Shown: piece by piece, positions 1-8,352 of the stretch | Position numbering within the stretch: the first letter of the stretch is position 1 | Layout of the letters: each line of letters opens with the position of its first letter | Assembly (NCBI GenBank): GCA_963665115.1 | Contig: OY762007.1 | Span: 6,208,001-6,272,000, forward strand | DNA from: an uncultured Rivularia sp. | GTDB lineage: Bacteria > Cyanobacteriota > Cyanobacteriia > Cyanobacteriales > Nostocaceae | Reading direction: 5' to 3' | Length of the DNA stretch: 64,000 bases | Translations under genes and position numbers: made by a program | The notes under the pieces: model-generated | Databases searched by the model: none | What the model was told of the DNA's origin: nothing | The model's input: only the letters and a program-made list of their open reading frames with translations

Positions 1-337
1 GATGCATCTTTAGTGCGTATTCTACAGCCTTTGTTGTACCTTTTAGATGATATTGTTCGCCATCTTGAGTAATAGGCAACACTTCCAAATATAGTGGTGC
101 TGCTCCCCTTTTATTCAATCGCAATTCTTCTTGACAAAAATGGGAGCGCTTCTCCAGAGTGGAAAAATCTAAAAAGCCAAAATTCACAGGTTTTTTGACT
201 TTGTAGGCATAATCACCAGTTAATAAAATATAAGAAATATGAGTTTGAACTAACTGTATTTTTTTGCTAACCGGATGCGGATAAAAATCCGGTTTTAGCA
301 TTTGTTTAATTAAAGTTGGGATAGATGCACTTGGCAT
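1..337 (-). CDS. 5' part of an APH-like kinase/P-loop protein (COG2187 type, Rv2004c-like); runs off the window edge
   Basis: Manual translation from ATG at 337: MPSASIPTLIKQMLKPDFYPHPVSKKIQLVQTHISYILLTGDYAYKVKKPVNFGFLDFSTLEKRSHFCQEELRLNKRGAAPLYLEV. The THIS, YAYKVKKPV, FLDFSTL and EELRLN motifs are typical of this family. Not in the ORF track. Confidence 0.85.
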   Translation of the reverse strand, partial: MPSASIPTLIKQMLKPDFYPHPVSKKIQLVQTHISYILLTGDYAYKVKKPVNFGFLDFSTLEKRSHFCQEELRLNKRGAAPLYLEVLPITQDGEQYHLKGTTKAVEYALKMH

Positions 338-375
338 TATTTATAATTCTCTTAAAAAACTGACGGCTGTCTGCA

Positions 376-492
376 TATAGCGTTTCTCAATCTGGTGAAG
401 TACAGCTTTCTTTATCTCCCCTCTCCAAAATAGCGGAGAGGGGTTAGGGGTGAGGTTTTGATATGTACCTTGATAGACCGGGAAGCGCTATA
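376..492. mobile_element. MITE-like non-autonomous element
   Basis: Imperfect terminal inverted repeats TATAGCGTTTCTC...GTACA / TGTAC...GGGAAGCGCTATA around an internal CCCCTCTCC...GGAGAGGGG hairpin. Confidence 0.6.
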
Positions 493-554
493 AAGCGGGC
501 TAGAAATAATCTTAACCCGCTCATTGGCTTTTTCAAGTAAACTTTTTCCAATGT

Positions 555-731
555 TTAATAGTGTCTGTTTTCGGCTGAATCGCCTTCGTATGGTTGTACC
601 CCCGATTTAGGATAATCATCATCGCTAGGACTAAAAATTCGACTTATTCCATTAGTTGTAAATTTAATCAATTTTTGGGGAATTTCTACAACTGATTTAA
701 TCATTCTTTTAGCTTTAGATGCGGTAGACAT
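555..731 (-). CDS. Small conserved cyanobacterial hypothetical protein (58 aa)
   Basis: ATG at 731 preceded by GGAG; C-terminal motif IFSPSDDDYPKSGVQPYEGD. Confidence 0.7.
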   Translation of the reverse strand: MSTASKAKRMIKSVVEIPQKLIKFTTNGISRIFSPSDDDYPKSGVQPYEGDSAENRHY

Positions 732-756
732 ACGAGTATTCTCCTTTTTATTTAAT

Positions 757-1470
757 CTAATTGATAGAAAAATCTTCAACAAACTTTTGTCTTGTCAGCG
801 GTTCTGCTAATACTAACCCTTCACCACCAAGGGGATTTTCTTCATCTAATAATTCATCTTCAACAGAAAGATAAACATTAGCTGATTCTTCAATACTTGA
901 AGCAGTGTAAAGTACTTGAGCTACACGATAAATCATCGAAGTGGAGCCACCACCATAGCGAAATTCATCGGACAGATTTACATGAATTCCTGTTTCATCA
1001 ATTCGTAAACCCAATAATTTGGTTCCTGCGGGAATTGTCGAAGTAAATTGATTGTTTTGAGTTGTATCGAAAAGTTGGTTCAAAGCTTTTTCTAATGCAA
1101 CTTCTTTCGATGCTCCCTTTTCAATCGCAACCGATCGGGGAATCAAACTAATTTTTTCATCTTCGACTTGCAATAAGTAAGCTTTCGGCTGTAACTCTAT
1201 TGCGACTGTAGTTTCCTTGGGAGTTAATTTTTCAGTTTGTTTGGGAATTGTAAATGGAACAGTTGGTTTTGGAACTGTATTGTTTTCTTTGGTGATGGGC
1301 GATTTTTTGACTTGTTCGGGTGTGGGAGTTGTAATTGTTTCTGTAGAAGTAGAATTTTGATTGACATTTATACTATTCAACCAAACTACAGTTACAACTA
1401 AACTGAGTAATGACAGTATGTAAATGATGAAAAAGTTTGGATAAACCGGACGGGTATTTTGGGTTTTCAT
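757..1470 (-). CDS. GerMN-domain membrane-anchored protein
   Basis: N-terminal TM, Thr/Pro-rich linker, then STIPAGTKLLG...VNLSDEF..GGGS..M..RVAQVLYT. Confidence 0.85.
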   Translation of the reverse strand: MKTQNTRPVYPNFFIIYILSLLSLVVTVVWLNSINVNQNSTSTETITTPTPEQVKKSPITKENNTVPKPTVPFTIPKQTEKLTPKETTVAIELQPKAYLLQVEDEKISLIPRSVAIEKGASKEVALEKALNQLFDTTQNNQFTSTIPAGTKLLGLRIDETGIHVNLSDEFRYGGGSTSMIYRVAQVLYTASSIEESANVYLSVEDELLDEENPLGGEGLVLAEPLTRQKFVEDFSIN

Positions 1471-1581
1471 AATTTTTTCTCCTGCATTGTTAATGAGTAA
1501 ATTATTAAATTTCAGATTTACCCCAATACCTCATCCTGGAAAACATCCTGTATATTCTTTTAAAGTTATTTAACTGGTAGA

Positions 1582-2274
1582 TTACGAAGGTGCATTAATA
1601 TCGGCTTCAGTACGAGCGTGCATAGTTTCTTGTAGATGTTCTCTGTGTTGAAGTTGCTTGTTCATACTTAATCTTGCTGATTCTGAAATTTCAGCATCAT
1701 GAGGATTTTCTAACTCTTCTTCAATCCGAGAATGCATTGTTTCTTCGATATGTTCTTCTTGTTGACGCTGTTTAACCATTGATTCACGCGCTCTTTCTTG
1801 CATAGTCAAATCAAGTTTGACCACATCATGTTTTTCAGTATGAGATTTGGGTAAGCTCAATGTTAAAAGACCGTTGTGAATTTCCGCTTTCACATTATTG
1901 TATTCAACGCACATCGGTAAAGGTATTATGCGTTGAAAGTGTCCGTATTCAAATTCAGTACGGTAAATACCCTTTTCGTTGTGAACTTTCTGTTCTTCGT
2001 GTTCCCCGGAAATAGAAACAGCATCTTTAGTTACATGAATATCTAAATCTTTAGGTTCAATACCGGGCACTTGAGCTTGAAGAATAAGATTGGAATCCGT
2101 TTCCTTAATTTCAATCGCTGGTTCCCAAGTTGCATTTTCCACTTTAGGAATAGAACTTAGAGCATGACTATCAGCTTTTTTAGTACTTCCATGCATAACC
2201 TCATCAAACAGATTATTCATGTGATGACGTAGAGAGTCTATCTCTTTGCGTGGATGCCAGCTTTTTTCAGACAT
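1582..2274 (-). CDS. Hsp20/alpha-crystallin small heat-shock protein with a duplicated C-terminal extension
   Basis: PAIEIKET...VPGIEPKDLDI...SISGE...EFEYGHFQRIIPLP...NGLLTLSLPK; GGAGG RBS. Confidence 0.92.
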   Translation of the reverse strand: MSEKSWHPRKEIDSLRHHMNNLFDEVMHGSTKKADSHALSSIPKVENATWEPAIEIKETDSNLILQAQVPGIEPKDLDIHVTKDAVSISGEHEEQKVHNEKGIYRTEFEYGHFQRIIPLPMCVEYNNVKAEIHNGLLTLSLPKSHTEKHDVVKLDLTMQERARESMVKQRQQEEHIEETMHSRIEEELENPHDAEISESARLSMNKQLQHREHLQETMHARTEADINAPS

Positions 2275-2355
2275 ATATTTCCTCCCTGCAATCCCGATAA
2301 CAATTTAGATTAGCGAGCCTTTTTTCTTGGCTCTACTTTTAAAGTAGGAAAATAA

Positions 2356-2373
2356 TTTGAGGAACTTGTGAGG
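2356..2373 (-). promoter_or_regulatory. Direct-repeat box 1 (upstream of hsp20)
   Basis: CCTCACAAGTTCCTCAAA-N9-TACTTT on the minus strand. Confidence 0.85.
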
Positions 2374-2448
2374 AAGGAAGAGTGAGTGAGTGAGGGAGGG
2401 AGAGAAAAATAAATGATTTATGACTCGCTACTTGCTACTCGCTACTCA

Positions 2449-2832
2449 TTACTCATTCTCCCAAGCAAGAATCTGGGAAATTTCTTGGGCTAATGTTAGG
2501 GGGCTAAAGGGTTTGGCGATCGCCGCTTTAATTCCTAAATCATCATAGCGGCTACGGTCAGCATTTTGTACTTTAGCTGTAAGCAAAATCACTGGTATTT
2601 GCTTAGTTGTTGAATTTTCTTGTAAATATTTAAAAGTGGTAATGCCGTCCATATCTGGCATCATTACGTCTAAAAGGATAGCATCTGGTTTTTCGATTTC
2701 GGCTTTTTTAATTCCTTCTATTCCAGAACTTGCTGTCACAACTTGCCATTTGGCGGTAGTCTGCAAACAAATTTTGGTAACTTCTCTAATGTATTCTTCG
2801 TTATCAACTACTAATATCTTTTTCGCTGCCAT
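2449..2832 (-). CDS. Single-domain response regulator (REC)
   Basis: ILVVDNE...PDAILLDVMMPDMDG...ILLTAK...IAKPF; likely start MAAKK at 2832. Confidence 0.92.
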   Translation of the reverse strand: MAAKKILVVDNEEYIREVTKICLQTTAKWQVVTASSGIEGIKKAEIEKPDAILLDVMMPDMDGITTFKYLQENSTTKQIPVILLTAKVQNADRSRYDDLGIKAAIAKPFSPLTLAQEISQILAWENE

Positions 2833-2889
2833 TATTAATATAAATATTTTGTAATCGTTTTTCTTATACTTACTGCTCAAAGTTAACTA

Positions 2890-5800
2890 TTAACTGTTAA
2901 CTGGTAAAGTGAAATAAAAAGTGCTACCAACTCCTACAGTACTATCAGTCCAAATTTTACCTCCATGCATCTCTACTATACTGCGACAAATTGCTAAACC
3001 TAAACCAGTACCTTCGTGATTGCGAGAATCTGAAGAATCTACTTGTTGAAAACGCTCGAAAATAATTTCTAATTTATCTTCGGGGATACCACGTCCGCTA
3101 TCTTGAACTGTAATTAATATTTCTGAATTTTGCTCGGTTGCTGTTAAACGAACTGTACCACCAGGCTCGGAAAATCGAATTGCGTTACTAAGTAAGTTTG
3201 TCAAAATTTGAATAAAGCGATCGGCATCTACCAGCACTTGTAAAGAAAAATTCTCTACTAATAATTTGACTTGCGCTTTATCGGCTAAAGGTTGAACTAA
3301 ATTTAGTGCTTGTGTTATTAATTCGGTTAGATCGCAGCTTTGCTTAGACATTGTGATTTTTCCCGATTCAATGCGTTCGACATCGAGAATATCGTTAATC
3401 AACCTGACTAAACGCTCGGTGCTATTAGTTGCAATTTTTACTAAGCGTTTGCCATCGTCGGAAGATATAGGTATTAAATCCGTACTTAGCATTCCCAACG
3501 AACCATGAATCGAAGTTAAAGGAGTACGGAGTTCGTGAGAAACTACCGAAACAAAATCATTTTTCATCCGCTCAATCTGTTTGCGATTGCTTACATCTTG
3601 CAAGTAAACGGTATAAACAGTTTTGTTGCCTAAATTTAACTTAGAAATAGAAGCTTCTGCTGGAAATTCACTACCATCCTTACGTTTACCGTAAATTTCA
3701 CTACGTTCCCCCATTCTTCGAGATTTGGCTGATGATTTTCCAAAATTATCAACATGATGACGGTGAGCTTGTATCGAACGTTGTGGTAAAAGTAAATCTA
3801 AAGGTTTTCCCAGTACTTCCGCAACAGAATAACCAAAAATTTGTTCGGCACCTTGATTAAATAAAGTAATACACTGATTGGTATCAATACAAATGATTGC
3901 ATCCGAGGCAATTTCTACAATCCCAGCAAATTGCGCTTGCGCTCGCTGACGCTCTCCTAATTCTAATTGTAAAGACTCGTTCATTTTAACTAATTCTGCT
4001 GTCCGTTCGGCTACTCTGTTTTTTAACTCTTCCGATTTTTTACGTAAAGTAGTTTCTGTAAAAGTTTTTTCTATAGCACCGGAAAGCAGGTTTGCAATAG
4101 CTTGTAAAAAATGAATGTCATCTTGGTTGAAGTCACGCGAATGATTCGTATATACACCTAAAACGCCATAATTACCGTCAATTGCAAAAATTGGCACGCT
4201 TGCACCGCTAATAATTCCATGTTCTTCTAATAAAGTCGGGCTGTTAAACCGAGTTTCTTGGCGCAAGTCTTCGACAATAACAGATTCTCTGGTTACTAGC
4301 GAATCATTAAAACTTAACAGCGCTAATCCTACTAACCCTTCATTCCACCCAACTCCCGCACGCAGCAACATCGCATTACCCGACGGTAAGATTTCCAAGA
4401 CATGACAAAATTCTACACCTAAACTTTGAGCAACCAGCGCTACAGTTTCATCCATTAAAGTAGATATATCTTTATTCGTTAAAGCCGACTGTCCCAATTT
4501 CGCTACAGTTGCTTGTTGTTTAACTTTGATTTTTATTAAATGATTAATCTTTTCTCTTTCGGCTTCAGCTTGCTTTTGCGTGGTGATATCTCGCGTTATC
4601 GCCAATTGAACTAATTCACCATTTTCCGGATTGAATAAAGGTACCCCATGAGTTTCTAAAATCCGGTGACTTCCTTGAGAGCCGATTATTTCAAATTCCA
4701 AGCTCCCTTTATTACCCTGACAAACGCTTTTATTGAAATCTTCAAAAGCTTGACGATATTCGGGTGAAATTAGAGAATAAATATTTTGACCAATTACAGT
4801 TTCGTCAGCTTCAATCATCTCGAAACCAGCGGGATTCATTTCTAATAAAGTTCCATCGGCAGCAATCAACTTAATACATTCAGGTGAAGTCTCAAATATT
4901 TTTTGCCAGCGTTCCGATTCGGTATTATTAAGTTTTTCCCGTTCTTTGATTATCCGCTGTTGGGATTTAATTCTTTCCAAACGGTTGACAATTCGGGTAA
5001 CTAATTCTGGTCCCACAATCGGCTTACTAACGAAATCATCTGCACCAACGCTAAAAACTTGGTTGACAATTTCAGCTTCATTATGAACTGTTAAAAACAA
5101 AACTGGTAGTTCGCTCCAGCGTGAATGATTGCGGACTTCATTACAAAGTTCAATACCGCTAAACCCAGGCATTTCTACATCTAGAATTAATAAATCAGGC
5201 TGTATTGCTTCTAAGCTTTCCCAAAATAAACCCGGTTCAGAAAGAGTTTTAACTGTAATTCCCCAATGTTTGAGTAATTTTTGCAATACTTCTAAAATCT
5301 TTGGGTCATCATCTACAGCTAATACCGTTGCTTGGGCATCTTCTGACTTTTTTATTAATTGCGCCGCAGTTTCTAAAATTTGTTCTGAGGATGCAGACTT
5401 GTGCAGTTTGATGTTTTCACCATTATGGGGAAATGGCATTCCTGTATTTGCGTCTGCTTCTTTAGTTAAAACTATTACAGGAATTGACGGTTTACGATTT
5501 TTGAATTCTGCGAATAAGCTCGAGCCGTCTTCATCTCCTAAAATATTATCATTAACTATTGCGACATTTGGATGCTCTTGATAAAGTTTCTGTCTTGCTG
5601 TAGAAATGCTATTAACAATCTTAGTTTGCAATCCTCTATCGGTAGCTTTATTGATTAAATCTTCGGGTATTTCGTCACCTTTATCAATGATTAAAAGCAA
5701 AGGACGCTCATCTAACTCATATGTATTAGTCGAAGATGTAGCCGACTTTTGTAATGGTGTATCGATTTCAGTAAGTAAAACATTTACCCAATCATTAAAT

Positions 5801-6801
5801 TGAGCAATTTGTGCTTTATCTAAAACCTTATTTTCTTTAAGTAAATGTTCAATTTTACGCGCTAATTTTGAACCATTAGGAAAGCCAAAAGTACCTAGAG
5901 AGCCAGCTAAGGTGTGTGCCTCTGCTGCTGCTTGAGAATGCAATTCGTTCGTTAAAAATTCATCATCTTGTAGTGCTTGTGCTGCTTTGAGCAATACATT
6001 TACTTGCTCGGATACTCTTCCTTTATATTTTTCCCACACACCAGCGACAGCCAAGAGAGTTTGCGCTTTAGTTACTTGAGTCGATGTTTCTTCCTCATCT
6101 CCTTGTTCCTTTGTCTCCTTCTTCTCTTCCTGGGGTTTTAATCTATAACCAATACCATATACAGTTTCAATTAAATTACCAGGGGCACCTGCTGCTTTGA
6201 GCTTCATTCGCAATCCTTTTATATGAGTACGAACGGCTTCTTCCGAAGGAATATCTTCGTAAGACCATAAATGCTCTAAAATCATTCCACAGCTAAATAC
6301 ACGGCGGCTGTTGCGTAAAAATAGCTCTAATAATGAATATTCTTTGGGAGTTAAAGATAAATTTTCTGTGTCATAATCAACTTCACAACTAGTAGGGTCG
6401 AGTCGTAAATTACCCCATTCTAATATTGGCTGTAGATTTACTTTTCCTCTTCGTAATAATGCTCTAACACGAGCTACTAATTCCTCTTCCTCAAAAGGTT
6501 TTACTACATAGTCATCTGCACCAGCATCCAAACCAGTTGCTTTTTCATGGGGACTATTACATCCCGTTACCAGCATGATAGGAAGTAACCAGCCACCAGA
6601 ACGGATTTTCTTGCAAAGGCTAATACCATCCAGCTTCGGCAACGTTATATCTAAAATAATTAAATCGTAGTCAAAAGCTTGAACTAATTCCCAACCTGCT
6701 TCTCCATCGTAAGCGACTTCAACTGCATAATTGTGTTGAGTTAGCACCGCACTTAAGGCTTGAGCTACAAGTTGATCGTCTTCGACAACTAGAATTTTCA
6801 T
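2890..6801 (-). CDS. Hybrid DNA-binding sensor kinase: REC-wHTH-HPt-REC(degenerate)-REC-PAS-GAF-PAS-HisKA-HATPase
   Basis: MKILVVEDD (likely start 6801); OmpR wHTH LTPKEYSLLELF...AVRTHIKGLRMKL...IETVYGIGYRL; HPt AHTLAGSLG; REC LILDVEMP; H-box SHELRTPL; G-box GTGLGL. Confidence 0.92.
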   Translation of the reverse strand: MKILVVEDDQLVAQALSAVLTQHNYAVEVAYDGEAGWELVQAFDYDLIILDITLPKLDGISLCKKIRSGGWLLPIMLVTGCNSPHEKATGLDAGADDYVVKPFEEEELVARVRALLRRGKVNLQPILEWGNLRLDPTSCEVDYDTENLSLTPKEYSLLELFLRNSRRVFSCGMILEHLWSYEDIPSEEAVRTHIKGLRMKLKAAGAPGNLIETVYGIGYRLKPQEEKKETKEQGDEEETSTQVTKAQTLLAVAGVWEKYKGRVSEQVNVLLKAAQALQDDEFLTNELHSQAAAEAHTLAGSLGTFGFPNGSKLARKIEHLLKENKVLDKAQIAQFNDWVNVLLTEIDTPLQKSATSSTNTYELDERPLLLIIDKGDEIPEDLINKATDRGLQTKIVNSISTARQKLYQEHPNVAIVNDNILGDEDGSSLFAEFKNRKPSIPVIVLTKEADANTGMPFPHNGENIKLHKSASSEQILETAAQLIKKSEDAQATVLAVDDDPKILEVLQKLLKHWGITVKTLSEPGLFWESLEAIQPDLLILDVEMPGFSGIELCNEVRNHSRWSELPVLFLTVHNEAEIVNQVFSVGADDFVSKPIVGPELVTRIVNRLERIKSQQRIIKEREKLNNTESERWQKIFETSPECIKLIAADGTLLEMNPAGFEMIEADETVIGQNIYSLISPEYRQAFEDFNKSVCQGNKGSLEFEIIGSQGSHRILETHGVPLFNPENGELVQLAITRDITTQKQAEAEREKINHLIKIKVKQQATVAKLGQSALTNKDISTLMDETVALVAQSLGVEFCHVLEILPSGNAMLLRAGVGWNEGLVGLALLSFNDSLVTRESVIVEDLRQETRFNSPTLLEEHGIISGASVPIFAIDGNYGVLGVYTNHSRDFNQDDIHFLQAIANLLSGAIEKTFTETTLRKKSEELKNRVAERTAELVKMNESLQLELGERQRAQAQFAGIVEIASDAIICIDTNQCITLFNQGAEQIFGYSVAEVLGKPLDLLLPQRSIQAHRHHVDNFGKSSAKSRRMGERSEIYGKRKDGSEFPAEASISKLNLGNKTVYTVYLQDVSNRKQIERMKNDFVSVVSHELRTPLTSIHGSLGMLSTDLIPISSDDGKRLVKIATNSTERLVRLINDILDVERIESGKITMSKQSCDLTELITQALNLVQPLADKAQVKLLVENFSLQVLVDADRFIQILTNLLSNAIRFSEPGGTVRLTATEQNSEILITVQDSGRGIPEDKLEIIFERFQQVDSSDSRNHEGTGLGLAICRSIVEMHGGKIWTDSTVGVGSTFYFTLPVNS

Positions 6802-7046
6802 AGTTTGTGGCAATTGAAATTGGATAAAGCTTTTGAACAGCAAATTTTAACGATTAACGATAAAACGCTTTCCCATCTTTATTTTAGAATAAAAGATAAA
6901 CATAACCTGACTTTCGTTAACAAAATAATTTTTATTTAAGCATTTTATACGTATTTGTAAATATTAATGATTAAGAGCATATTTTTAGGATAAAATAACT
7001 ACATTTTTCTTGGCTATTCATCAATTTAATGAATCTTGAAGCCTCT

Positions 7047-7064
7047 CCTCACAACTTCCTCAAA
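7047..7064 (+). promoter_or_regulatory. Direct-repeat box 2 (upstream of USP)
   Basis: CCTCACAACTTCCTCAAA-N9-TAACCT. Confidence 0.85.
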
Positions 7065-7154
7065 TTTTAGATTTAACCTTAAATTAGATGGTTTAGTAAC
7101 AGCGGCAATTATCAAGATATTTCTTTTTGCATTGCTATAGAAGAGGTAAATAAT

Positions 7155-7685
7155 ATGTTTAATAAAATTTTAGTTGCCATAGACGATGGAGATACCAATC
7201 AAAATGTTTTACGTGAAGCTATTTCTTTAGCTGTCTTCACCAATGCCCAACTAATACTGACACACGTAGTACCCCCTTTTAGTGAAATATATCCCGAACC
7301 TGGATATATTGCTGCACATGGTTATCATCCGACCATACATGGTGAAACTACAATGAAATACTATATGGAAAGATTGGAAGCTTTAGAACAAAAAGGCAGC
7401 GAATTGTTACAATCCTTTGCTAATAAAGCCAAAGCTTGCGGTGTGAAAGTTGAAGTTATTCAAGCTACTGGTTCTCCTGGATTTATGATTTGTAAAGTTG
7501 CAAGCGGTCGAAAGGTTGACTTAATTTTGATAGGTCGTCATGGACGTACCGGATTAGCTGAATTTTTCTTGGGTAGTGTTAGCAATTACGTCCTACATCA
7601 TGCACCTTGTTCTGTTTTGACAATTCAAGGACCAATTCATGAAGATGCAACTGATTCTTTAGTAATGGAAGCGGCTTCTATGTAA
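7155..7685 (+). CDS. Universal stress protein (USP)
   Basis: MFNKILVAID...DLILIGRHGRTGLAEFFLGSVSNYVLHHAPCSVL. Confidence 0.95.
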   Translation: MFNKILVAIDDGDTNQNVLREAISLAVFTNAQLILTHVVPPFSEIYPEPGYIAAHGYHPTIHGETTMKYYMERLEALEQKGSELLQSFANKAKACGVKVEVIQATGSPGFMICKVASGRKVDLILIGRHGRTGLAEFFLGSVSNYVLHHAPCSVLTIQGPIHEDATDSLVMEAASM

Positions 7686-7713
7686 TTTGAAAATATTTGA
7701 TATTAAACAATAT

Positions 7714-7741
7714 ACACCTCCCAACTGTTTAGGGGGGGTGT
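7714..7741. terminator. Putative hairpin terminator between convergent genes
   Basis: ACACCTCCC...GGGGGGTGT inverted repeat just after the USP stop. Confidence 0.45.
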
Positions 7742-7827
7742 TCTGTTAAGAGTAATGTGATTATCAACATTGTCACCCATAAGAATGAGAAGTATTTAAG
7801 TTTTTTATCAGCAGATATTCCAAACAA

Positions 7828-8079
7828 TCAAGAAGATGAACGAAATAATGGTTGACGATAATTGACAATGTTGTTTCTTCTGAAAGTAAAGAGAGAATTG
7901 TCTTTTTTCAATGGATTAAATTTTATTGGCAATTCTCCGGGTATCGTCTCTAATGATGAAACTGATTGTTTGGAGGTACATACTGGCATAGCTTGCCAAC
8001 AACTTCGACAAAACCAGTAAATTCCACTAGCATCTGCATGAGACAAAAGTATGTCTTTACAGCAAGGACAATAATTCAT
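7828..8079 (-). CDS. Small Cys-rich (CPCC...CRSC) putative zinc-ribbon protein
   Basis: MNYCPCCKDILL...YWFCRSCWQAMP; GAGG RBS; box 3 upstream. Confidence 0.75.
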   Translation of the reverse strand: MNYCPCCKDILLSHADASGIYWFCRSCWQAMPVCTSKQSVSSLETIPGELPIKFNPLKKDNSLFTFRRNNIVNYRQPLFRSSS

Positions 8080-8139
8080 GATTCTTTTAATCCTCAGTAA
8101 AAAACAGCAGATAATCTACTTTTAATCATAAATTTAAAA

Positions 8140-8157
8140 TTTGAGGAACTTGTGAGG
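8140..8157 (-). promoter_or_regulatory. Direct-repeat box 3
   Basis: CCTCACAAGTTCCTCAAA-N9-TATGAT on the minus strand. Confidence 0.85.
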
Positions 8158-8265
8158 AAGAAAGTCAAAGGGGGTAGAGGGGGTAGAAGGAGTGAGGGAG
8201 GGAGGGAAATTAATAATTTATAATTCCGCGCCTCATAACTCATAATTCCTAACTCTTAAAAGCAC

Positions 8266-8283
8266 CCTCACAAAATCCTCAAA
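8266..8283 (+). promoter_or_regulatory. Direct-repeat box 4 (upstream of ppsA)
   Basis: CCTCACAAAATCCTCAAA-N9-TATAAA. Confidence 0.8.
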
Positions 8284-8352
8284 TTAACCAACTATAAAAA
8301 TATTTGTGTGGGATAAGAAGAACGTCCAAGTCAGTATTGCTCAAATTGAGTT

